NCBI GenBank assembly: GCA_013239625.1
Contig: MU053557.1
Span: 1,371,063-1,435,062, forward strand
Source of the DNA: Lama guanicoe
Taxonomy: Eukaryota
Direction: 5' to 3'
DNA length: 64,000 nt
The notes under the pieces were generated by a model that saw nothing but the letters and a program-made list of their open reading frames with translations, searched no databases and had not been told where the DNA came from. This document shows positions 12,904 to 25,100 of the stretch, piece by piece; positions within the stretch are counted from its first letter, which is position 1; each line of letters starts with the position of its first letter. The position numbers were made by a program, and so were the translations under genes.

Positions 12904-13821
12904 ATATAAAACTTGTGACACATCCCTGTCATATATCCAAACCCATAAAGAAATGTGACATGTTACTTCTTAAATTATCCAACATTCCTACGTTCTGTAA
13001 AGAACCAGCATTTTCTTAGACTGCTTTGCTTTCTCCTCACATTGTCACAAGCACTGCAGTTGGATTTCTTTTCTAATATAAAGTTTTTGTTACTTAATGA
13101 GGGCTGTGAGCATTAAGGTCATGAGGAGATGTAGATACTGAGATGTCACCGTTGCTCAACCGCAAGGTGAGTGATCTGCTCTGTTTTCATACCAACCCCA
13201 AAGTCTGAGCAGTTCAATCCGTGCTTAAGCAAAATTATAAATCGGCCTGGTTCGTGGATCTTTAGTACTCAGGGATGGCTGCAACCAAAATACTGTCCAA
13301 GATTTCCTGTGGAACTTGTCAGATTACAAGTGTAATATGTCTGCAGGGGCTGGCAGTGGAACCCACTTAGGGCAGGAGACTCTGTCTTTTTTATAATTAT
13401 ATCCCTAGCCATGACCAGCACTGGCTCATAGTAAGTGCTTAGTACTTACTGAATGAATTATACTTGAGAGGGACTCTAATTGAAAAAAAAGAGAGATAAG
13501 AAATATCCTTTTTGTACATTTCAGCTATGGAATCTAGTCACTATGAATGTTTAAAGTATTTTTTAAATTACCATTAGCACTTTCTTGATTGGCAATACCT
13601 AAAAAATCATGAAACTGATTTGGAAAGGCTAAAATTAGAAGAGGAATCGGTATAGTTTCCATGTATTTAATATACTGTAAGCAAGCATCTTCTTTATTGG
13701 AAAAATGTGTTATAGCGGAATTAGAAAGTGGAAAAGATAAGCTGTGTTGTCACTAATCCAGGAAAAAGAAATGTGAAGCAGTGTGTCTTAGTGTATAGAT
13801 TCTGCCCTTTAAATGGTGAAT

Positions 13822-14185
13822 CGTATGTAGAATCTAAATAAGAAAAAGCCGCAAATGAAATTATTTACAAAACAGAAACAGACTCATAGACACAGAAAGT
13901 AAACTTTAGTTAGCCAGTGGGGAAAGGGGTGTGGGCAGGGATAAACTGGGAGTGTGAGATTTGTAGATACTGACTACTATATATAAAATAGACATACAAC
14001 AAGTTTATGCTGTATAGCACAGGGAGCTCTATTCAATATCTTGTAGTAATGTATAATGAAAAAGAATGTGAAAAGGAATATATGTACGTATATGTATGAC
14101 TGAAACACTGTGCTGTACACCAGAGGTTGACACAAAAATGTAAACTGGCTACAGGTTTAAAAAGGGGAGGAGAGGGAAGGGGTGG
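13822..14185 (+). mobile_element. 5'-truncated cetartiodactyl-type L1 3' end with a G-rich tail
   Basis: tatttacaaaacagaaacagactcatagac..gtatagcacaggg..tgtatgactgaaacactgtgctgtacaccag. Confidence 0.9.
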
Positions 14186-14599
14186 GTGAGCTTTAGAAGC
14201 GGTCTCTATAGCCGTGTGACTGCCTAGGACTTAGAGTGAGTTTCTGGGCAGGGAGGCAGGGAGAGAATGGTTGCAGCATGCTTGCCAGGACCGAGGGAAG
14301 AGATTCTTTGAATACCAGCTTACCTGCAGCACAAGACACTTATTCCAAACATTTTCGTAAATGCCTCACCTAGTCTCTACTGGGAATTTTTAAAGCCAAG
14401 GAAGCAACATAGCAGGTTACAAACTCATATATCTAGGCAGGTGATGATTGTATAAATGGAATCATTTGTGATTATTCAACTCATGCCTATTACATAATTT
14501 GTATGTCCTTCTATTTGCTCAAAATATACTTGAGATACTATTAGCAGTAAGCACTCGTTTACTAAGTAATCACACTGAGATAAACAACTTGTCAAGAAG

Positions 14600-15104
14600 A
14601 GAAAGTTTCTACCAGGAAAACCCCAGCTGAATCAGGAAACAGATGCAAAAAATGTAATTAAAAATAATGTCATGACTGGACAATTATGCAAGTATAGACA
14701 GGGTTGAAGAAAACAATCAGAGGTGCAAAACAGCCAGAGAATGGCAACAGTGGGAATCCATTATTACCCCTAGATTTGTAGGAGCCTAGGGAGGGGGAAA
14801 GGAGTGGAAGGGTGTTAACAGCCCCGGAAGAGCTGGAGCCCTGGAAGAGGGGCTGGCCGGGAGACGCAGGGCTGCAGGAGAGCGTGGTCACCACCAGCAC
14901 CACAGTGAAGCAGCAGAATGCGTGATGTATCCTCTCTCTCCCCCACTCTCCAGTCCCCTGTCCGTGTTCCCTATCAGTCCAACTCAACCAGAGACCAGAG
15001 GGCAAGAGCCTGGGCTGTACAGTGCACAGTGGTCAGCCTTTCTGGGACAAAGAGCAGAGAAGGGCAAGATACAGCTGGTGGAGGCAAACTAAGAATAACC
15101 ACCA
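14600..15104 (-). mobile_element. ERVL-type solo LTR (LTR33/LTR41-like)
   Basis: caggaaacagatg..ccctagatttgtaggagc..aaccagagaccagagggcaag..ggtcagcctttctggg. Confidence 0.6.
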
Positions 15105-16744
15105 ATGTTCTTTTTGTCTATAGGCTTTGTAAGAATTAGATTGACCCAAGTGGTCTTTGTTCCCCTAATAAATCAACAAAATATTTTGTCAAGAAAAGAT
15201 AACCTGAGATGTTCACGCTGGGTTAGCTCTGCTACTTTGATGGACTTGAGCGTTTGGTGTGGACCAACAGCTTATTTGACTACCTCATTTCACAGGGCTT
15301 ACTGGTAGTTTGCTGGTTACTTCTTTGGTGCTCCCAGAGATGCTGCCACTCCCTTAGATTTTTCAAAGATACTGTGAGGTGTAAAGTTCCATCTTCCAGA
15401 GATCTATCTGAGCTCTAGGGCATTTCTCTTGAAGATGCGTATTACTCTGGTAATAGAATCCAGGAGTTAAAGTCCCCTAGACCACTCAGTGCATGTCATT
15501 AGCTTGGGTAAGTGACTCTCCCATTTCCTGTTGCTTGAAAGAGCAGTCAGATTCATGAAAGCACATTACGTCCTTCCCTGTGGCACAGGTACACTACTGA
15601 GTGAGAGAGAGAGAGAACGAGAGAGAGACTGACTGACATGAAAAATGCAAAGTACTTAAGCAAGCAGGACCACTGTTGCCCTCTAAAAGACAGATGATTG
15701 TAGTGAACGTGACGTCTGGAACTGTAGTTTGCCCAAATTAAAGTGGAACATAAAAATAGGGAGGGAAAAGAATCTAATTTCCATTTAAAGTTGTTATCAT
15801 TGGAAGTTGTACAATATTCTTTGTCATGCCTTCAGGTGACAGACCTGCAGTGTTGCAGAGCTGCAGTAATTCAAAGGTAGCCAGGGGCAAGAGAAATATA
15901 GAACTCACATCTGCCAAGCTAGATCTGAGTGTAGAGCTGGCCAGAGAAATGTGGCAGGAGAAATGGCAGGATGCAGTTATGAAGGAGTAATCGATTGCAA
16001 TGAATGATGTCTGCCTGCATAACCGAAAATGAGGAGCGAAGGGAGGTCGTCCTGAGTTTTCCTCTGAGAAGAGACGTGGGAGGATTACGTTGGGCGGTGA
16101 CTGTTCAGCCCTTGACTCCTGTGATGTCAGGAAACTACTTTGCAATTTCTATTTCAAAAGAAAACTTGTGTCCTATTTGTATCCTTTCTATGAAGAAAAA
16201 CAGAACTTTGTCTTGCTGTCCAAGCTCATCATAGTTTTTGCTGTGCATTCATGTCAGTGGCTGTGTGGGGAATTTTATTCCAGTGATGTGGACAGAGCAC
16301 TGGACTAGAAGGAGGGAGACCCAGTGCTTGTCTTGGCCCTTGGTTATAAGCTGGGCATCAAGTTCCGGGCATAAGATAGCTTCTTTGATCCAGGAAAATT
16401 CTCAGTCAAGAAGAGGGGCTGAATGGATGCTCAGATCACACTCCTCTCAGGAAATGAATCATCATCCCTGAGACAGAATCCAAAATGTTGCCCTAGTTTC
16501 TGCTTTTCACATTTGCCCACACAGACTTTTCTAACTCTTGACTCCGTTCTCCTGCTAACAACCCCCTGACTTCAGTTCCTCTGACTTCACACCCATTCAC
16601 TGCTTTGAATCTAGCATTCTTACAGATGGGTTGTCTGGGCAACTCACGTAATCTCTGGGAGATCTAATTTAATCGTCTGAAAAATTCAGACAATTACAAT
16701 ATCATATAAGGTTGATGAGAAGTTAAATGTGCTATAATAAATGA

Positions 16745-17810
16745 AGTGATACAAGCATAAAAGAAAAAAAGGATAAATTGGACATTTTCAAAAAGAAAAG
16801 TCTTCTCTTTGGAAGTCACTTAAGAAAATGAAAAGGCAAGACACGATGATGAAAATATTGGGAATACATTTAGCTGACAGTAAAATTGTATTGAGAATAC
16901 ATCAAGCCCTCTAACAACTCAATAATAAGCAGATAAGCAATCTAATAAAAATCTGCAAGTGATTGAACAGACACTGCACAAAAGAAAATATATGAATGGT
17001 GAATAATCGCCTGAAAAGATGCTCAGCTTCATTGATCATCAGGAACTGCATCTTAAAACCACGGTGAGATACCGTTCTATGCCATTAAGATGTCTAAAAT
17101 CAAAGGCAGAAAATAAAAATGTTGATGAGAATGTGGAGCAACTAAAACTTTCATACACTGCTTATGGGAATATAAAATTATACAACCACTTTGGGAAAAA
17201 AAATTGGCAGTTACTTAAGCCATTTCTCAGCCATTCCATCATAGGTGTCTACCCCTAGAGAAATAAAAACATACAAGGACACAAATGTTAATGTTCCCTG
17301 AATCTTTATTTGGAGTAGCCCAATACAGGAAACAACCCAAATGTCCATCAACAGATAACTAATGGATAGACAGACATGATACATACATACAGCAGAATAC
17401 CGCTAATATGAAAAGGGGACAATCTGTTTATATACACAATAAAATAAATGAACTCAGAATCATTATTCTGAGTGAAGGAAACTAGATACAAAAGAGCACA
17501 CAGCTCTTATTACTCCATTTATATAAAATTCTATATTTGTATTATTCCATTTATATAAAATTGTAAAACGAATTTTAGGACCTACAGTGACAAAAAGCAG
17601 ATTGGTGGCTGCCTGAGAACAAAGGGAGAAGATGGAATTGCCTGCAAAGGGATGTGAGGATCCTTCTGGGGATGACGGAGGTCTTCTGTCCTGAGTGAGG
17701 TGGTCGCCTCGCAGGTGTACACAGCTGTCATAATTCATCAAATTACACACTATTCACGGATGCAGGGCATCGTACGTAAATTACACCTCAGCAAAGATGA
17801 CTTAAAAATA
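16745..17810 (+). mobile_element. L1MB/L1MC ORF2 end plus 3' UTR
   Basis: ORF 17019-17258 resembles the L1 ORF2 C-terminus (KTTVRY..DENVEQLKLSYTA.GN.KLYNHFGK); aaacaacccaaatgtccatcaacag. Confidence 0.85.
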
Positions 17811-18259
17811 ACAAAAGAAGTGAAGTGCTGTGATCCCAGCTTGGCTCAGAATATTATTCTTCTTCGTATTTTTTATGATTATTACCCCGCCGTTGACATG
17901 TGTCTCTGCCTCATCCATGCTTGATGGCATGTCTCAGTTCCAGCTTGTGCACAATGAACAGTGTAGTAGTGTTAGTCCAAGCCCTCTCTGAATCACTTAG
18001 TAAAGCTTCCTTCCTTGGAAGCTATGTGGGAGGATCACATGATGACACGGTATATGGGAAGTTGTACTATAAATATTAGATTTTGTAGTTTGATTATTGT
18101 GCGCTGACTCATCTGATGCCTCCTCAGAAAGCAATCACTGTCCCTGGCGAAGGGAATCTAAGTGGACCAAAAAAACCGAGAATCTCAAGCTTTTTATCTG
18201 TGCATCTTATGGTTCCATCTACCAGTAGCATCTTAGAATTGGCAGATCTGATGATAAAA

Positions 18260-18495
18260 ATAGGGTTTGACATTAAGTGAATCCAGATTCAAACTTCAAA
18301 TCTGCCACTCACCTGCTGTGTGAACTTCAACAAGTTACTAACATCTGCTAGACTCAATGTGTCATCTGTGAAATGGAGCCAGTAGTGATACCTGGTATGG
18401 CTGCTGTGAGATTAAAAAACAAACTGACATTGTAGAATACATCGCACAGCACCTCCAATCTAGTAAAGTCAGAGCAGGTGGTAGCTGTTCTTATG
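18260..18495 (+). mobile_element. MIR SINE
   Basis: tctgccactcacctgctgtgtgaacttcaacaagttactaac..tcatctgtgaaatgg. Confidence 0.75.
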
Positions 18496-19946
18496 TTCGG
18501 CATGGTGGGTCACGTATGATGTGAGTTTTACCACTGAGGAGCCCACCCTGGAGCTAGGGACCCATTTACACTGTGAGACATCATTGGGGTCTCCTCTGCA
18601 CATCCTCTTTTCCTCACTCTCTGCTTGAGAAGCTGTGTGCTAAAGGTCAGGGAGGAAAACAGGCTCAATTTACAGTCTCTCCTCTTGCTGCAGGTAATCT
18701 CCTCAGTCCGTGTGCTGTTAATGATGTGATTATCAGTGCTGGTGGCCAGTCATGTGACCTAATCATAGCACCAGATCACTCTCAACTCATCTCTCCCAAC
18801 AGCTCCAGATGGCATCTGAACACTCACTGGTACTAAACAGGGAGAGTTTATTTTTTTAATTTTTAAGAGTCTTCTCTAGTCAACTTGGATAATTACCTCA
18901 AAAATAATAATAATTCAGAATCCTCTCTAACCCATATGGAAAATCCTAAGATCATGACGAAGAGAGCCACTAATTAGCTATTTTCATTTTACCTATAAAG
19001 AACAGGACCAAAGGCATTCAGTCAGAAAACTGAAATCACATCTTCAAAAGCAAGTTGGATGAAGGAAGAAGGGAGGCCAGCATCCAAGGGCTTGCTGCAA
19101 AGAAGCCAGGACTGAGGCAACTGTTAATGTGCAAATCGGGCCAAGGCAGAAGATTCAAAATCACCCTAAATTTAGGGAAAAGGGGTGAGGAGCAATTTGC
19201 TTCCTGTAAGTGAAGTCCTTAACGTATCAATCATGTTATTTCATAGAATACAGGTAGGAATTCTATACAGTCAAAGGATAAAATGAGGCTGTAATACTGC
19301 TTTTAATAAAAAATTTGACTTGCCCTTCATATACTGCATAATCTGCAGAAATGTCAACATTTCATAAGAAGTGTTCGGTCTCTTTCAATTAGTGAGTGTG
19401 GCAAAAAATGTTTCTGTTGCTCCATGAGGGGCAAGGTGAGCTATCACAGACCCCTCTACAGGTGGAGCCCTGGGTCTCAATGGGTGTCCTGCAGAGTGTT
19501 ACATGCACCTGCCAGGAAATGCCTTTGTGTTACACGTGGACACATTTAATGAAGCAAAGGATAATAGATTCCTTCAGGCACAGAAAAAGCTGCTAAGAAA
19601 ATGAGATCGGGGCTGAAAAGTTAGGGTTTCTCAGAGTCTTGTCTTCCCCTAGATCAGAACTATATCATCCTTGTGAAAATGTTAGCAATGTGTCTGAAGA
19701 AAGGGAGACAAAAGAATTTTTTTGTTTGTTTAATAACCTCACTGTTCAGAGAAAATTCCCCTGTGAAAACTGTAGAATTCCTCCCATGAGTTTCAAACTT
19801 TATATATCACAGAATTTGTAATCCTGGGACCTCAAAAATACAATGACAAAAGTATGAGGCTTTACCATGTCTGTAAAATGAGATGAGAGGCTTTTTGCTG
19901 TATTTTAGGTATCATAAATCCTAAAACTACTAAAAAAAAAAGTAAT

Positions 19947-20324
19947 TGTATAGGGAAATCTGTCATTTTTGCCTGTGTCATCCATCCCCCTTTATTTTGG
20001 TAACAAAACCTTGTTTTTCATGAAACCACTATTACTGTCTCCACATGTCTGCTTCCTAGCCAGTAGGAATATTTCCTCCCTGGGCCACAAGTTGCCACCA
20101 CATGGTAAGAACCTGCTAAAACTGAAGCTAACCCAGAGCAAAGCAGACCCAAGAGGTGGGAAGAGACACTGCAATGTAGTTTGAGTCCCTGAGCCCAACC
20201 AGGCCTCAAGTGGGACACCAGGGGCTCTTGCGTTGCAGGAACCAGTAAATGTTCTTCTCTTTGCTCAAACCAGGCTGAGTTAATTTCTGTCACCTGAAAC
20301 CAGAAAGAATCCTGGCTAATACAG
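19947..20324 (+). mobile_element. MaLR solo LTR (MLT1J/K-like)
   Basis: 3' end accagtaaatgttc..gctgagttaatttctgtcacctgaaaccagaaagaatcctggctaataca. Confidence 0.7.
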
Positions 20325-21129
20325 GAATATAATTCTCCTATTTTAAAGTTGGATATGACATCTAGTAAAGAATGTTCATGTGGAACTATATCCTGATTTT
20401 TAGATCTGTGTCACTATTCTTCAGAGGAAGATTGAAGAGAAGTGATGTCAATGAGCTAGTGATGATTAAGAACTAGAGGTTTTGAAGGACCCAGACCTTT
20501 TATAGCATGAGAAGGGGTCTAGAAATCATTTTAGACCCAGAAGGAAGATAACTTGGAGAATTTTTATTGCTAATAAAAATGTTGCTTAATTTCCTTGGGC
20601 AAAACTGGGGGAAAAAATAAAAACTCTGCTGGCAGGAATAAAACCTGCATGGAAAAAAATAAAAAGATGATATTTATGTATTTCTTAATGGTACCATTAA
20701 GTTCCCCTCCTCCCCTGTGCTTATGGGAAGGCAGTAATTTACTGGGATCTAAAAAAAGTGCAGTATGTCTAATTAAAGGTCATGCAAACACTAAAATGTT
20801 TCTCCAAAAATGTGAGACAGAGAAATAAAGATGACCAGCTCTTCTCAGAACCTTTCAAGTATATTTACATTATAAGCTTATTAATGACTCTGGTGATTCA
20901 AGTTTTCCCTTAAGCACATGTGGGAAATATATAGCAAGGTGGCAAAAGCTGAAAAATACTGTTTTTGACATCCATCATGGCTTTATGGGCTGTTAGAAGG
21001 AGTCCTTCCAGCAAAAGCATAAACGTCAGCACATGACCACTTTCTGCATGAGGTGGTATGGAAGACAGTGAGGGCCTGGGAGCGGGCCGCTCCTGTGTCT
21101 CCACTTGCTACCACTGTCCCAGCAGCCTG

Positions 21130-21560
21130 GCTCTCTTGCTCTGAACCCTGCCGATACTGAATTGCATGCAGTTCCTTGAAGAGGCCTTGCTGCCTCTTCC
21201 AGATTTCTCCATGTCTCCAGAGAAAGTCCTTCCTAAGACCCTTGCTCCCCCATCAGACACACTCCTCCTTCACCTAGATAGCCTCTATTATATTTTTTCC
21301 TCTGGGAAGCCTATCTTGACTCTCCTGAATCAGGTTAGGGGCCCTTCATTAGCTCCAGAGGAATTCTGTATTCTGATCCCACCTGTCCCAGTGATATTCA
21401 TCCCAGTGCCTTGTAATTGCTTGTTTATTGCCTGTCTCCAGGGCTAGATGTAAATACCCTGGAAGTAAATATGTCTGTCTCACTCAACATTGTATCTTCT
21501 GCTCCAGGAACATAGTAGGTGCTCAATTAACATATATACGATACTCAGTTAATGTTTGGA
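21130..21560 (+). mobile_element. L2 3' fragment
   Basis: tgcagttccttgaa..cctctgggaagcc..acatagtaggtgctcaat. Confidence 0.65.
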
Positions 21561-21639
21561 TGCTTGACTCACTTCCAAGGCCCTGCAGTGCAGGGAGTTA
21601 ATGCTTGTTCTCACACCAAACACGGCCCCTGTCCTCATG

Positions 21640-21820
21640 CAGCTACTTAACCAGCTTGGGGTCTTGGAGCAAATTATTCAATCTTTCCTAATATCCTTTT
21701 CCTAACATCTTTAAATGGAGCATATATTTTCAGATCACGGAATTTCTGTGACAATTAAATGAAATACCACATCTGAAACTTCTAGCATTATCAAACCTAC
21801 AAATGTTTAGCTTTCTTTCT
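21640..21820 (+). mobile_element. MIR SINE
   Basis: cttggagcaaattattcaatct..tttaaatgg..aattaaatgaaata. Confidence 0.6.
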
Positions 21821-22169
21821 GCGACCTTCTTCGTTCCCCTTTGCTGTACTGAGCTCCTGCCTCTTCTCTGCCTCCCTGCCTCTTCTACAATGACTTCCCT
21901 GACCAGTATTCTCCTTGCACCGTTCTCTGAACATCTGTGACAACTTGTGTGGATCTCACACTTCAGCATTTCTTTCCTGGAGGGCAGGAGTTCTCAAAAG
22001 CCCTTCTGTGAACTACTGCCAACCCATGAGAAAGATTTCATTGCTCGGGGGCAAAATGAGCAAAAAAATGTGAGTTTTTCAGAAAATGATTTTTACATTT
22101 AAGAGAGATGAATTATTCTAAAATGTAAAAGATTATTCTTTTTTTGTCTTTTATTAGTACCACAGATCT

Positions 22170-25100
22170 TTTCCAGTTTTATTGAGAAATAATTGATATA
22201 CCTCACTGTGTAAATTTAAGGTGTACAGCGTTATGGTTTGATTTCTATATCTTGTCAAGTGATTACCACAGTAGGTTCAGCTAACATCCATCTTCTCATA
22301 TAGATACAATAAAAAGAAAACAAAGTAAAAAGAAAAAAGGGAAAAAGTTCTCCCTGTGATGAGAACTTACAAGATTTATTCTATTAAGTTTTCCTCTTTA
22401 TCATTCTCCAATGATAGCTATAGTCAATATGTTGTACATTGCATCCCTAGTAATTATTTATCTTGTAACTGGAAGTCTGTACCTTTCGACAACCTTCTTC
22501 TAACGTCCCCTCTCCCCACCCTCTGCCTCTTATAAACACATATCTGATCTCTTTTTCTCTAAGTATGGTTTCGTCTTTTGTTATTTTTAGAGACCACATA
22601 TAAGTGAGATCATACATTGCCTTTCTTTGACTTATTTCACTCAGCATGATGCCTTCAAGGTTTATCCACGTTGCAAATGGAGGATTTCCTCATTTTCTGT
22701 GGTTGAATAATATTCCATTGTGTGTATATATACAATATGTATACACAATATATTTATGCATATATATATGTCACAACTTTTATCCATTCATTCATCAATG
22801 GAGACTTAGGTTGTTTTCATGTCTTTGCTATTGAAAACATGCTGCTGTGAACATGGACATGCAGATACTTTTTGAAGTTAGTGCTTTTGTTTCCTGTGGA
22901 TATATCCTCAGATACAGAATTGCTGGATTATGTGACAATTCAATTTTTAATTTTTTGTGGAAACTCCATACTATTTTCCTGAGTGTACCAATTTACAGTC
23001 CCACTAATAGTGCACAAAGTCTCCCTTTTCTCCATGTTCAAGCCAGAATTTGTCCCCTGTCTTTTTGATGATGGCCATCCTAACAGTCCCAAAATGATCT
23101 CTCGTTGTGGTTTTAATTTGCATTTTCCTAATGACTAGGGATGTTGAGCATCTTTTTCATGTGTCTGTTGGCCTTTCATATATCTTCTATAGAGAAATGT
23201 CTATTCAGGTCCTTTGCCCATTTTTTACTTGGGTTATTTGGTTTTTTGCTGTTGAGTTACATTAATTCTTTGTATATTTTGGATATTAACCCCTTATCAG
23301 ATATATAGTTGGAAATATTTTTTCCATTCCATAGATGGTCTTTTCAACTTACTGACGGTTTCCTTTGCTGTAAAGAAGCTTTTAGTTTCATGTAGTCCCA
23401 CTGGTTTACTTTTGATTTTTTTTTTTACCTTGTGTTTTAGGTGTCATGTCCAAAAAAAATCATTATATCATGGAATTTTATTCCTATATTTTCTTCTAAG
23501 AGTTTCATGGTTTCAGGTCTTTAAGTCTTTAATCTATTTTGAGTTAATTTTTCTGGGTGGTACAAGACAGGGGCTCAGCTTCATTCTTTTACAGTGAATA
23601 TCCCATTATCCCAGCACTGTTTATTGAAGAGGCTGTCTTTTCTCCACTGAGTATATTTGGCTCCTTTGTCAAATACTAGTTGACTGTACATGCTCAGGTT
23701 TATCTCTGGGCTCTCGATTCTGTTTCATTAGTTTGTCTGTTTTTATGCCAGTACCATGCTGTTTTCATGACTATAGTTTTATAGTATAGCTTGAAATCAA
23801 GAAGTGTGATGCCTCCTTCTTTGTTCTCTTTTCTGAGGATTTCTCTGGCTCCTCAGGGTGTTTTGTGGTTCCATATAAATTTGAGGAGTATTGTTTTTTC
23901 TACTTCTGTGAAAAAATTTCCCAAACCATTGGAATCTTGATAGGGATTGCATTGAATATACAGATGGCTTTTGGTAGTGTTGTCATTTTAACAATATTAA
24001 TTCTGCCAACTCATGAACATGGGTAACTTTCCATTTATTTTTGTTTTCTTTGATTTCTTTCATCAGTATGTGTTACAGTTTTCAGAGTAGATATGCTTCA
24101 CTTTCATAGTAAAATTTTTTCCTCTTTCATTGCTTTTGATGCTGTTGCAAACGGGATAAACTTCTTTATTTCTTTTTCAGAAAATTTATTGTTAGTGTAC
24201 AGAAAGGCTACTGATTTTTATGTTATCCTGCAACTTTACTGAATTCACTAATTAGATCTGTCAGTTTTTGATTGAGGATTTTCTATATATAAAATCATGT
24301 CATCTACAAAGAGAGACAGTTTTACTTCTTCCTTTCCAATTCTGATACCTGTTTTTCTTTTTTTTTTCACCTGAGTGCTCTAGCTAGGACTTGTAGTACT
24401 ACGCTGAAGAAGAGTGGTGAGAGTGGGCAGCCTTGGCTTGTTCCTGATCCTAGAGAAAAGGAGTTCAACTTTTTACCACTGAGTATGATGTTGGCTGTGG
24501 GCTTGTCATATATGGCCTTTAATATGTTAAGATATGATCTTTCTGTACTTAATTTAAGAGTTTTTATCCTGAGAGAATACAAATTTTGTCAGATGCTTTT
24601 TTTTCTGCATTGAGTTGGTCAAATGATTTTTTATTCATTCTATTCATGTGTTGTATCACATTGATTGATTTGTGTATGTTGCATCCTTGACTCCCAGGGA
24701 TAAATCCCATCTGATAGTGGTGTATGATTCTCTTAATGTGCTGCTAAATTCAATTTGCTGGTATCTTATTGAGCATTTTTGCATCTGTATTCATCAAGAA
24801 TTTGGGGTCAAGATAGTGCTGGCCTCATAAAATGGGTTTGGGAAAATCCCCTACTCTTTGATTTTTTTTTTTGTAAGAGATTGAGAGGGATTATTACAAA
24901 TTCTTTTCTTTAGTGTTTGGCAAATTCACCAGTGATGCCATCTGGGCTTTTCTTCACTGAAAAATTTGTGGTTTCTGATTCAATTTCCTTACTAGTAACT
25001 GGGTTATTCAAATTTTCTCTTTCTTCCTGATTTAGTCTCAGTAAATCTTGTGTTTCTAAGAATTTTTAAAATTTCTTCGAGGTTGTCCAGTTTGTTGGCA

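Noticed and set aside
13100..13172. Consensus splice donor AAG|GTGAGT (another at about 333)
   Set aside because: Isolated donors are common by chance, and no linked coding exon was found.
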